Positions 48,101 to 64,000 of a DNA stretch of 64,000 nucleotides are shown here, in pieces; the first letter of the stretch is position 1; every line of letters begins with the position of its first letter. The stretch is from Fimbriosthenelais zetlandica. Its lineage: Eukaryota. The notes beneath the pieces were generated by a model, which saw only the letters and a list, made by a program, of their open reading frames with translations, made no database searches and was not told the DNA's origin. The stretch lies in NCBI GenBank assembly GCA_977030845.1, contig OZ365113.1, positions 27,404,001 to 27,468,000 of the forward strand. Direction: 5' to 3'. The position numbers and the translations under genes were made by a program.

Positions 48101-50030
48101 CTACATCCAAAGTACTACTGTCTTCTCCCGCCTGATCACCAGTGGTGTTGTCCTCCTGGTCCACACCAGCTATTGATTCTATCAGTTGGGCTGTTTCCAT
48201 CTCAGTATGTGAGCCAAGTTCAGTGAGGGTTGCTATAGCTTCACGTATATCTAACTCTACATTTTCATCTATATCATCAAACATCACCTCAGCGGTAGGG
48301 ATGTCCTTAACATCGATACTCTCTCTCTTCACAGAGGGAGCTACTCCCTGAGCTATCAGCTCCTCTACTTCCTTCATTGTCTCACTCGTCTCACCTTCTG
48401 CTCCCTCTGGTTGGGGAGGGGGTGGTCGTACCTTGTCACCCCCCTCATTCTCTCCCCCTTTCTGGTTTGCTTTCACACTCTTCTTGCTCTTGCTTTTCAG
48501 TTTCTTCTTCAGAAGCGCTTGGACGTTTTTTGCTTTGGCTGAACTCAGTTTGGCTGAACTCAGTTTCGATATATTCACACTTTTCCCGGGTGTTTTTTCT
48601 GATTCCGTCTTCTTCTTTTCTTTTACTTCTGAACTTGATTTTTTACCACTACTGGTCCGTGCGGTTGTTTTACTTTTTACTTTCTCTGTTTTACTTTGAC
48701 TTTTCTTGACAGGAGTGGCAACCTCCTTTTTGACAGACTTTTGTCCACTAACAGACGAGCTTTTCTTGGGCGTGGAAGACTTGCTTTTCGTCTCTTTCTT
48801 CTGTTCCTTGACAGAATTACGATCAGGACTAGCAGACTTTTCCTTCTTTATCTTACTCGGGGTGGCTACGGGAGCTTTTGTCCCGCCCTCCACTTCACTC
48901 ACCTCCTCTTTCTCAATGTTACTCTCTGAATTATCTGTCTCTTTTTTAATCTCCGTGTCAGACCCACTGACTGGGAATTTGGTCACGTGGATGTATCCAT
49001 GCCAAATGAGATGTTGTTTCGTACCAAAGGCCTTCCCACACTCATCACACTTAAACCCGTCTCCTTGATGCAGCATTTGATGAGTTTGTAGATCAGCCTG
49101 AGTTTTGTAGTTCTTGCAGCATTCTGGACACTGGAATTTATTCGCAGTCTCTTGGTGCATCTCCATGTGTCTCTTCAAACTAAGACTTTTACCAAAAACC
49201 CGGCCGCAAATTTTACAAACCAAGACACTGGATTTGCAGTCATTTTGAAGATGGCAATCCAGCTGGGTCTTTAGCCTGAACTTGCGACCGCATCTATCGC
49301 ATTCAAAGACATGAGCAGAGGAGTGCCTTTGCAAGGCTTTCTTTGAGGTGAATTCTATTTTACATTCTGGGCATGTGTATGTCTGAACATTGGCATGAAT
49401 ACGCATGTGCCTTGCTAAGGCAGAACTTGTGAAGAATTTCTTTTGGCAGCGTTGACATTTGAACATGTTGTGTTCAATGTGTCTGCGGTAGGGACTGGAA
49501 GTGCGGAGGTTGAGTGAGGCCTTCACTTCAGCTTCTTGTTTAATCTTGGTCACTTTGGGCGTTGTTTTCTCATTTTTATGAGAGTCCATATGGAGAATGA
49601 GAGTGGAGGGGCTGGGGAAAACCTGTCCACAAGTAGTACAGGCATGAATGTTCTTCTTATTGTGACCAAAAGCAACATGTTTGGACAGGGCTGATTTCTG
49701 TCTGAACTGCTTGCTGCAGTGAGGACAGGGGTGAATGGACTCAGTAGAATGTGTTTCTTGATGAATTTTGAGTAGAGATACCAGGGGGAATGTTTTACCA
49801 CAGGTAGAGCAGGAGTGGTCATTAGTAGTGTTGTGAGTAGCCAGGTGGAGTTTATACATCAAAGCTCGGGAGAACTTCTCACCACATTGTTCACACGTGT
49901 GTTTACTAGGAGAGTGTTTCTGTCTCGTGTGTCGTTGGAGTTGGCGCTTACTCAGTGCACTATAGCTACATTTGGTGCACTTGAGTTGATCTTCCGTCGC
50001 GTCGCCCTCTCCATTCATAGTGGCCTCCAT
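45162..50030 (-). CDS. C2H2 zinc-finger protein, 1622 aa, single coding exon: 11 N-terminal fingers plus a long low-complexity tail with a PLDLS motif
   Basis: First in-frame ATG at 50030 follows an in-frame TGA. Splice acceptor at 50065, upstream non-coding exon donor at 51161. Ten C2H2 fingers and one C2HC in the first ~350 aa, then Lys/Ser-rich, acidic and Ser/Arg-rich regions, PLDLS, and several psi-K-x-E sites. Confidence 0.93.
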   Translation of the reverse strand: MEATMNGEGDATEDQLKCTKCSYSALSKRQLQRHTRQKHSPSKHTCEQCGEKFSRALMYKLHLATHNTTNDHSCSTCGKTFPLVSLLKIHQETHSTESIHPCPHCSKQFRQKSALSKHVAFGHNKKNIHACTTCGQVFPSPSTLILHMDSHKNEKTTPKVTKIKQEAEVKASLNLRTSSPYRRHIEHNMFKCQRCQKKFFTSSALARHMRIHANVQTYTCPECKIEFTSKKALQRHSSAHVFECDRCGRKFRLKTQLDCHLQNDCKSSVLVCKICGRVFGKSLSLKRHMEMHQETANKFQCPECCKNYKTQADLQTHQMLHQGDGFKCDECGKAFGTKQHLIWHGYIHVTKFPVSGSDTEIKKETDNSESNIEKEEVSEVEGGTKAPVATPSKIKKEKSASPDRNSVKEQKKETKSKSSTPKKSSSVSGQKSVKKEVATPVKKSQSKTEKVKSKTTARTSSGKKSSSEVKEKKKTESEKTPGKSVNISKLSSAKLSSAKAKNVQALLKKKLKSKSKKSVKANQKGGENEGGDKVRPPPPQPEGAEGETSETMKEVEELIAQGVAPSVKRESIDVKDIPTAEVMFDDIDENVELDIREAIATLTELGSHTEMETAQLIESIAGVDQEDNTTGDQAGEDSSTLDVVEQALQTEAPDDLEALYAMDTDTENERELQADEEGAQLLSELTAMGGGGETELEPCSEMETQTEMETQTEYENLTDNINSTDIADDLVSHINMEVVEALNESTKEIESLCAQGTVEEPEVLVQPVVPVEQMENEQNQAKDGDGSIEDNVSQNVQVIVPLSTAQDAQSNLNFESSEIPPETELKVLPGVDENVTSPKNSTASNENKETLPDDTSNETEEKELENKSSDKQDANDELSSEVKDGGEGEVEEEKVCEEVENEQSTSKAQTDGDVPENTEPNERIQNDCVKCSADFGVGIKRTNCPHNKELKIVIEKLDCKDCPISGTEGKIEEGAGMGRTRRTNSTDSNVTETEKHSQVVGETGSLSPVNKSGVGGASRLRRRVRQASGTRSVSKSCDTRRRESQSSNSDHGTSKTLDLSGMTTRSANQRVTRYTRSGIPLSEVRESRKTTPGSDRKHARKVTSPVARKKVETEKSPPPRYKVSTVTDLTIRITTQDTPGNSQPLRKSLSPRDDSKGSVKPTYTVSTSPNQDPNQLSKLYISKSPPQRNGPTDGKACWRSANDEALRRNAGTTQELCVVVEDINELILLQQERIRKMKHLRPVRVSKDMESVSGMGRKRKSRSEENLRFSESEPKPTKVLLKLPKERVRKHEQRLAYIDKQFNDMSDIEKMAQIGKEKKRFVNSSGFEDVSEYQQPDSSQDTHKNKNVIKIPNVSTRKGLELNTRVIGKVTTIPASQGAAKVCALSEKQVLLSDSSNKKMYRHSIECVGGLVSRADLSVEECDSTSMAESIRHASSSRPGLSTNRRERKFQVERAATSSEDHSSDDVVYEPLDLSIRINQFAPTEVKPDPDGEKEEEMESTDMDTQDEYCAFSEKGSPQTGHHRGASQYPVSVKVEPEAGSGSSNHAGYSSAEAGGGAGVQGGDTGVNDEYIETGETSTSGEDGAGAAAEFIEVIDRATQCELGDEVLYCPDAQDNGLPAIH

Positions 50031-50098
50031 GTCTACCGGCACTCACAGGTCATGTTAGAGGAAATCTGTAAAATAAAGCAATCAATTAATTCATTACC

Positions 50099-50198
50099 GG
50101 TAGTCATTCTGTGGAAACGGGTAAGATTCATATCGTAAATTACTCAAATAATACATTAGTCATTCTGTGATAACGTGTAAGATTCATATCGTAAATTG
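50099..50198. repeat. Short tandem duplication in the zinc-finger gene intron
   Basis: TAGTCATTCTGTG..AACG.GTAAGATTCATATCGTAAATT twice, ~57 bp apart. Confidence 0.75.
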
Positions 50199-51161
50199 TT
50201 TTGTTTCAACAGGCTATTTCTATTAAATGTTTCCATATTTAATATCTTAACTTCGTTCTTCACATATAATGGGCCCATTTACTGATTTAGAAGACAGGTA
50301 GGTTAGCGTAGGACCACGTAGATAAATATAGGGCCTATGGATAAGCCGGATTGACTATAATTATTATAAGTGTTATATACCGTAATATAATAGGCTCATT
50401 GTCAATTAAATAGGGCCTAGGCATACAACTTGTTAAGATATCTTCCACTAAGTAAGTAGGCCTAAGTACTGTAAAAACATTAAAACAAAAACAAGGTCTA
50501 ACATTTTATTTTGGTACCGGTATAACATTTAAGTTATAATAGATCTAGTTTGGTCCAACTGCACAACCTAGGACTAGAGCAAGACTCTAGCCTAGGCTAG
50601 CTTCTTAGGCTTGAGATATATCATTTATGGTTAACTTTAGCCTAGGTCTCGCCTAGTTCATGAGTATTTTGCAGCAAGCCTCTACATAGTCAATAGCATG
50701 TAAATACAGTAATAGTGTTCAAATTAGACCCATAAGCCTACTAATACTGTCACAGTTCAGCCCTATATAGGACTAGGTCCTAGACCTAGGCTAATCCCAA
50801 TCCTAGGCTGCCTAGGGCTAGGCTAATCCCAATCCCCTGAACATAGAATGGGTGTTTCCCCAATGGCAATAAAGTCTAGACTTAAATCTAAAATGGCTCC
50901 TGCTGAAATGTATTGGACGCCGGAATTCTCGAGAAAAATATAGCCTGTTTAAATGATTTTAATATTTCCGAGTTTACAAAAACCCGTCAAGGCGTCAGAG
51001 GCCAGCTTTGAACTGCCAGCAGGGACCCAGCGAAGACCGACCCGAGCTGGCGAGCCACAGTTCATCGCCCTAATTCATATTCTCTACCGTACATAGGTTA
51101 AATTCATTTGGCCAAAAGAGTGATCACATATCACTACAACATTATAATGTACTATACTTAC

Positions 51162-51350
51162 CAAATTCTGCAAGTCTATCCCGTAAATAGCCTAGGAAAT
51201 CATCGCTTTGCCGAGACCAGTTTCTTGACTTTTGTCGCGTGAAAATGGTGCGATATCAAAACAGCCAGGCAGGGGAACCCGTTACAACGGTGTCGGTGCT
51301 GAGGGAGCGGTTATTTTACTCGTAGACGTAGCTCGCTCTGCGCGCGTGTT
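51162..51350 (-). promoter_or_regulatory. Non-coding first exon and CpG-rich promoter of the zinc-finger gene
   Basis: Donor TTTG|GTAAGT at 51161; locally CpG-rich (GCTCGCTCTGCGCGCGTG near 51335). The 5' end is not defined. Confidence 0.55.
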
Positions 51351-53523
51351 TTATTATGCCCCCAATAAATAAGGCTCATAGAATTTGTATGGCCTACTTG
51401 TATCGCTAGTGTGGTAACCGTGCAGTAGACCCGAAAATAAAATCACTCAAAGGTTGAAATTGACACCTAGGCCCCCCAGTATCACGATGTTCGTTCTCTT
51501 TTAACCTAGTTTCAACCACTTTTTAGGTAAGGCTGAGTTATCATATGTATGAATGGTAGGTGGTAGACCAATGGTATATTATTAGGTCTGATTTTAATTA
51601 TTGTTTTATCAGTAAATTAATAAAAAAAGATAATGGGGCAAAATCTTGATTTGTAAGGAAAGGAATAGGCCCCGGAGTAGGCATAGGCCAATTAAGAATC
51701 TTTGGAAAGGACGGGTTTTTGTAAATTATGGTGAATAACTTATAAAGCATAGTACTATCAGTGCTTGTCCAAAGCACCTGCCCGCGGTTTTTCAAAGGGA
51801 AAGGCCAAATTCCGGGAAGGGCATGTTTTTTTTTCATTATTAACGAGAATTAAGGGATTGCTAAATCATATTCAAACACACAAAACCATAATCAATGTGA
51901 AATATTACCCTTGTATTTAAAAAATAAAGAGAAATAAATGTAATACACAGCAATTTATTGTCTATAGCTTGATATTCAGTGAAAAGAAATAGTCATTTTT
52001 GCCCACATAGTCAGAGCTTTATAGCAGAAGATGGGGGCCACACATTGCTAAAGATTTAGTCAACGAACAACAATGGTACATGTATATCCAAATACTTGAT
52101 TAAGAATCATATTTTGTTTGACACTCAGATTCTCTGCTTACCCGGAATAAAAACCCACACAGAGAGTTCGGTTCGGAATTCGGTCTCTCTCACGATCATA
52201 CTAAATTTAATATAGACAGATTCATGTACATTCACTCTGTATTTCCCTCCTGTAGATCTACATTTCGCCCCTGTAGATGAGACCTCAGTTGAACCTTTCT
52301 CAAATCGCGTTTCAGAATACATACCAAGTGCTGCATCCCTAAAATCTATGTATTATCTATGCACTATAATCTGCAAGGGGAGAAACATATATGACAAATC
52401 AATACGCTCCCAAGCTCATGTATGGTCAGTCTGAGACCTCTGATATTTCCTACTCATGTAGTCCTTGCTAAGTATCCTAATGAAAAGCTCCATGTCAAAT
52501 CCTCTATGTTTCATTCTAAGGTAACAGGCCCTCTCCTCATACTGGGGTACCTTCTACAGCTTTGGAGGACTGCAACCCTTTTCCAGCAGTAGAACATCTT
52601 TTCCGTACCACGATTTTAAACCATATGGTACACACTAAACCACAAGTTTCACCATTTGCTTCAAATCGTATCCTTGATACATCAAATGCATGTAAAATGA
52701 ACTCGGTGTTAATGTGGTACTACAAAATTGTATACTACCAACAAAGATCTATCTGTCATATAGATAAATATATGTCACTGAATGCATCATGATTCTCACG
52801 AGTTTATTCGTGATATACACCGAGTATAATCCATGAATTTTAGTGAATCATCATTGATTCACAATAATTGATTCATGATTCATGTATTGATGAGCGAGTC
52901 CTATCGCCAAGCAAACCCCCGCTTCTCATGGTGCACTATATCTCTGCATCACAAATAGGAGCTGAGAGAAGCAGCTGGCATATAAAAGGCCTTCACTCTA
53001 TTTTAATATGAGAAATCTGGATGATAAAGCAAAATGAATATATCACGGTTATCTAGCAAATGGAACTTGACACCAAGCAATCAGTTTAAATTCCAGCATC
53101 AATTAGCCCCATGTCACGCCTGATACCTACTAAAACACAGAAGCGACAGCCATTTTGTACATTTATCTTCCCCAAAACATATGAAGGGGTGACTGTCATA
53201 TTTATGGAGCATTTTTAAACGTCAATATTAAAATACTGATATTTGTTATATGCATCAATATATAGATCACAGAGCAGGATCTATTTCATCGTAATATTTC
53301 TACCGTATGAGGCACTGCAGGCCTTTCTCATACAGTTTCTCAAGCAAAGGTATTCCATACCAGTTTTTTTAACATATATGTCTATCAGGTTAGGTTCAGA
53401 CTATGTCTGCAGACCCTATGATCTCTTGTCCCCTTATAGATATAGATCTACTCATGGTTATCCGCCAACTGATACAGCACCGTATAGAGAAAGGCTTAAC
53501 ATTTACAGAGAGCAAATATAATA

Positions 53524-53620
53524 CTACAGTCTGTCCAAACTAAGTTGAGCGGAAACCACCATAGAAATACAGTACACTTCTATGGTGGTTTCGGCTCAAC
53601 TTAGTTTGGACAGACTGTAG
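53524..53620. repeat. Near-perfect 43-bp inverted repeat with 11-nt loop (hairpin MITE-like)
   Basis: CTACAGTCTGTCCAAACTAAGTTGAGCGGAAACCACCATAGAA / ATACAGTACAC / TTCTATGGTGGTTTCGGCTCAACTTAGTTTGGACAGACTGTAG; one mismatch; TA|CAGT...ACTG|TA ends. Confidence 0.9.
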
Positions 53621-54728
53621 AGATCTCCATCTCAGAGGAAAATCGAGAGAACGTACAAACTGTTCTTAATAATCAACATGTTGAATGCATTTTTACATGT
53701 TGATTCACGTTGGTAATACTCAAAACATTGAACATTAATAACTCACAAAATACCACCAGGCAAACCCAGAATCTGAGTATCAAAAGATATTTTATGATTA
53801 TAAGGAATAAACATTTTCTTCTTAGAATAATCCGATAAATCAGAGAATCCGTTGAAAGGATTGATGGAGAATATACAGGTAGATGTGTCCAGAGTTTTCT
53901 TTCAACAGAAAACATTGGAGCGCTATTTACAAAGCAATTTTGAAACTGGCTGGTCCAGTCATACTAGAATACCGGTACAGTAATTTAATTGGAAATTGAT
54001 ACTTTCCTAAACATGTACAAGTCCGAAATGAAATTCTAGACAAATCGCTGCTAAAAACCTCAAATTTAGTTAAAATAAATATTTGAAAATCTGAGGCTAC
54101 CAATATCACCTACACATTTCACTTGTTTAGATAAATAAATTGTCGTATCTTGGCACGATCTGATTATCTTGAGACCTTTAATCTCATCTAGAAAGCTAAT
54201 ATTTGGGTTCAGAATATATATCCACAGATACAAATGGAAACTGAAGAAAATGCACTTTTCTCTTTAATCTTTTTCTCATGTTGATGACTCAAACCTCCTA
54301 CACTGCCATAAGATAATACAAGTGGTCTGTGACCACATTCTATACCCCCAAAATACTACTGGACACCTATAAGCTTAGCTTTCGCCCAGCCAATGGGTGT
54401 CGAGGGGAACAATTTGAAATGACCAAGACAGCTACACCTTCGAGGTAAGCTAACTTTACTCTAGCAGCCTGAATGTACAGCCTTCATCTCCATACATGTA
54501 ACCTAAGCAAGTACCAACGTCAACAATACCCCACAGGAAAAATAAAACATTGTTTATCACATTTGGACTTCAGCTGTCATTCACAGGGTATACACAGTAT
54601 AGGAGCGAATCAACGCTCAAACTATAATGCAGAGCAAAGCTAATGTACATTTTGACACACATATATATACTTAAAGACTTCTCAACTTGCTGCCAGGGTT
54701 TCTACCCTTTCTATCGCTACCTTTTTAA

Positions 54729-59743
<5,015 letters not shown>

Positions 59744-60723
59744 TTTAAATCTTCCACGCGCTCTCCAACGTCAATTCCATTCATTATACCTCTCTGAAGA
59801 AACAAACACAGTTCTATTACCTATTGAAAGTCATGTGCTAATGACAAAAAGGTTTCTGATACAGATGGGCGATACCTGAACTGAAGTGTAGGAGTTTCAC
59901 TTTCACATAAATTATGATACGACATTTAGGAAGTAGACATTGATCAGAACTGAGATAGATCTAGCCTAAAATGCTAAATATCAATATTTTCACTTCGTCT
60001 TCCAATATTATAGTCTGACCCTTTATGATTGATCATTGGGCTATCCCGGCCTAAGACTGGGAGAAGTAATATGACATTCTAAATTTAGTATTTACAAATG
60101 TGGGTTTAGGAGAATAAGACGGAATATGTTATCAGTCACCGAGATCTTTCCCAATCAGTCAATCAATCACGGTCCCCGTGTGTTTGTGTCAGCCTGCTGG
60201 GCTCGGCAAGCACTAGACACTAGCAGGGCAGACTAATAAACATCCCCTTTGAGTTAAGAACAATACGTTTAGCTGGCATCAATCGGACAGTTCCCCGTTC
60301 TAAAGACACTCAGATGTACAGAGGAATAGAAGGAGTTTTATACTCACAGGTATACAGCTACATATAACCTTTTCCTTCTCTTCTTGGACTTGGGATTCCC
60401 ACTTTACTCAGTTTATCTATTCCGCACTGAATTATCACTACTTTGAAAAATAATTACCCCGCATGTTGTTGATATTCTTTTTGTCTCGTCGGTAGAGAAT
60501 GAATTAAATAAATAGAAATATGTGTAATTTTAATTTCTTTTAGAAGAACGATAATTATTTAGCCACGTCTTATTTTTGCTATTTCAGCCAATAATATGGC
60601 AGTATTAATACTGCCCGTAGACGTGACCTACTTCCCTCAACGTAAACACGCAAAGGGAGGAGTGTTGGGGGTAGATTCTACTGGTAGCAATGTGCCCTGG
60701 CTGAAATTGCTGCATCACTTCGG

Positions 60724-63700
60724 ATGGGTGTTTGGAATTCGACAAGAAGAAGACGAAGAATGGATGACAGAGAAACAGGCGAGTCCACTGGCCATGGCAG
60801 GTCAGGCTCTCAGAGCCAGCGAGATGGCAATGACGATGAAGGGTATCAACAAAACAGAGACCTTGCTGTTCTCTCCTACCTGATTAGAAGGTAAAGTATT
60901 GTGTTTAGAAATAATACACGTTCACCTACCTTTTTCTGGGGTTAGAAATTACTTTCTCTGACTAAGCGTTGTGCAAGAGGACGCTTAATACTTCGTAATA
61001 ACCTTTAAGGCACCGGTATTACACAATGCCAATGGCATGTCTGATGTCAGTGTGGGGTAAAGCCAAAGGGTCGATCTGGACAAAAGACTATCTGGATCAA
61101 ATGACCATAAGAATGTGTCTATCAGGATGATGTAGGCTAAGCCTAGTGACACCAGATATCATATATTATAAACAATGCCTCGGCCTATGTCAGATTTATT
61201 TGACCCAACATGGTACACCCTTCGTACGGTATACGCCCGTATGGCAAGGTAGAGCAATCATATTTTCAAATTTGGCATTAATTATTCATATCTTAGCCTA
61301 GACTAGCCTACTATTGTACTAAGTCTAAGAATAGAGATTTCAACACTGTAGAATCTAGGGCGACTAGAGTGTTAAATTCTAAATACGGTATATTAAATCC
61401 ATAAAATAATAACTCCACTCTGTATTTTAATTATATGAATATGAGGTGTCAAACCCCATTCAATCAATGAGGTGTCATCCAATATTTTTCAGTGGACAGG
61501 TGAGAATTTGGCCTTTTGGTGGCCAAGATGGAGACGACGATGAAGATGACGAATTCTACGAGGAGGACGAGTTTGATGCCATGGAGCCAGCAGCTTCACC
61601 TAGACGTAAGAATGAACATCCTAATCTGGGTTTATATTTAATATTTAAAAACAAATCCTTCGACCTCCAAATCTACCCTCCACATTTTAGGCTACTCAGT
61701 CTCAAGTCCATATATATATTAAAGGCCCTTTAATATGAGTGAAATTTGTTGGCCTAGTTAATCTCTACCACCACTAAAAATAATTATATTTTTATTCTTC
61801 AGTGGATCGGAATCCAGACACAAGTGAAATAGCAGTAAGTGTATTACATTTACTGGAATTGATTTCAAATTTGTATATGCAGCATAACCTATTCTTCAAT
61901 AATCCACCCCACTCATTACTTGCCCATGATACTATTGCTCTTGCATTGGGCTTACTGTCACAAGTAGGCACCGTCATGATATATAACTGGAAAATTGTTG
62001 AAAGTGACGTTAAACCCCATTCAAACAAAAACTATTGCTCTTCCTTTTGGGTTTGTTATGGTATGATATCTGTTCAAGGAACAATTAATAATATAAAGTT
62101 TTCTCTTTACAGTCTAGTGAGTTTGCTCATGAAGTCTTGCAGCAGTCTGGACTGGGCATTTTTAACCATTGTGATATTAGTGCCTGCAAACACAAAATCG
62201 GTCTCAACAAAATGTTGAACAAGAGGGAAGTAGGGATGCACGGTAACCAAAGCTTCTCTCCTGGCAATCGTAATCTCATAGGTTGCAAGTGAGTTCCTCT
62301 CCTCTACTAATACAATATGTTATTATTTTATATGGAGAAAATATTCTAGATATTTGAACTTTTTTTTTTAGGTCATTGTTTATACTACAAAGTATAAGGT
62401 TAATTATTAAGATAATCAATTCTAAGATAATCATTCAGACGTCAGTCCGAATGATTTCTGGATGATTTTGGTGCATTCCTATAATGTAAAATGCTGAGCG
62501 ATGCCCCAGGACTAGTCTGGTCAGGGATGGTCGATTTTCCTTGGTCTGGCTATGATACAGTGCAGCCACCTAGTGTTTACCTTGTGCATCGAGAGTGAAC
62601 TGAGCTCCGCCGCGCCTTTAACTCAGCGGTCAACCACCAGGTGCCAGCACTGTTTCTAGTCGCCACCCTCAGCTGAGTGAGTGCCCAAGGCCAAGCCGGT
62701 TAATGCCGGCGTCGCTAGGAATTTTGAGACGGCGTTTGTAGATCTATTAAAGCACCTAAATCAGCCAGAATTGAAATCAGTTGGTAAATATACATGGAAA
62801 ATCTATTGCATCCAAAAGAACAGAGCTACGCTGCCTGTAAACCTGTGAACAGCGAGAGAAATTAGAAGTGAGCGATATTAGGGGTTTTGGCCGTCATGTG
62901 GCTCCCTCGCCACCTATAAGGCAAACGAAGGAACTAAGATATTAAAGAAAACTTTCTGCCCCATGTGACTACCCCACCACCGGCAAAAGCGGGAACTAAT
63001 GCTCAATGCTAAGTGAATGGCAAAATTTATTTTGGGCGGCAGGGTGCTCGCCATTCAGTTGTAAATTCTTTGGGGATGAATAACGTTTTTAGAGGGCGCA
63101 CTCTAGATCTTTCACAGGTCCCGCCTTATATGATGGCATTGAAAAATTTTGCAGGGTGAGATTCGGGATATCTTGACTATAATATTATATTATATTATAT
63201 TAGGCTATATTATACTATTAATATTATATGTGGAGTTAGATAAAAACCTATGTTTATAGAAAGATATAACAAAAGTAAAAAGTAAATTATTTTAACCTAA
63301 ACACAAATTTCTCTCATAAAAACTCAAATAGTTCCAAATTTCCCACTGATTTTCACTTAAATCCATGTCCTATTTCAGTTACCTCCCCAACAAGTCTAGA
63401 ACCATTCAGCGTTTTCAACAAAAGGCATTCTGTGGTACATACTCAACAGATGGTGATATTTTCCTTTCGGCCTGTCAAGGTATGTTAGACATGTCGATAT
63501 TTTTTTCACAATTGTGCCAAAATTAGGTTTTTAGTCTCAAAAGACCTCTTTAAGTACAAAATATAATCTTGAACTACATATAGCGACTAAAAATGTTAAT
63601 CTGTGTCATTCTTATGAGGATGGATTTTTATTTTTGTTTCAGATCAAAAGATTAGAATATACGATACTCGTAACGGTGGGTTTCGACTGATAAAAACAGT

Positions 63701-63953
63701 TCGAGCTAAGGACGTGGGCTGGAGCGTATTGGATACAGCCTTTAGGTAGGAGCTTATGTCATTCTTCCTAGAAGAGAATATCTTGAGGAATCAAGTCTAT
63801 TTTCATTATATTCGAATTTGGATTCCTCATGATTGTTTAATTATTTTACAAATAGATCCAGAATGCTTCAAAACGTTGTTGCTTTAATAATCTATTTTAC
63901 TCATTTCAGCCCTGACGGAAATTTCCTCATTTACTCCAGCTGGTCTGATTCAA
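60724..63953 (+). CDS. DCAF11: DDB1- and CUL4-associated factor 11 (WDR23), 5' part; the gene continues beyond the window
   Basis: Exons 60724-60890, 61493-61605, 61803-61834, 62113-62288, 63379-63479, 63643-63745, 63910-63953, all in frame. MGVWNS..., DLAVLSYLIRSGQVRI, KMLNKRE, YLPN, KAFCGTYSTDGDIFLSACQDQKIRIYD, AKDVGWSVLDTAFSPDG, YSSWSD match recalled DCAF11 motifs. Confidence 0.95.
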
Positions 63954-64000
63954 GTAAGTAACTTTTAATTTCATCTTACTATTAAATTTTGTTCAATAAT

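Noticed and set aside
45247-50138. Many plus-strand ORFs up to 274 aa (e.g. 46828-47652)
   Set aside because: Antisense shadows of the long low-complexity zinc-finger CDS.
62445-62500. C/D box snoRNA-like ATGAT...CTGA in DCAF11 intron 4
   Set aside because: Imperfect C box, too short and no terminal stem.

Overview
An AT-rich animal genomic window, probably from a marine invertebrate (taxon not determinable here). All exon structures were assembled by hand from splice signals and each closes in frame. The first ~13 kb holds three apparently lineage-specific secreted-protein genes: a 97-aa six-Cys protein (minus), a 273-aa CUB plus putative lectin-like protein (plus), and a 322-aa protein split over 18 coding exons, many of them micro-exons, with strictly alternating intron phases and an internal triplicated exon module (plus). 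The last is the most novel-looking object here. The rest is a compact run of conserved genes: OMA1 (-), dynein light intermediate chain (+; with a U12 intron and a candidate 15-nt microexon), RPUSD2 (-; YRLD instead of HRLD, and a uORF whose stop overlaps a putative mitochondrial-isoform AUG), an 11-finger C2H2 protein (-), N4BP1/KHNYN-family RNase (-) and the 5' part of DCAF11 (+). Introns carry several MITE families, a minisatellite of p53-type half-sites, a near-perfect 43-bp hairpin and a strongly over-represented TAGGCCTA palindrome. Family assignments rest on recalled motifs; no database searches were run.
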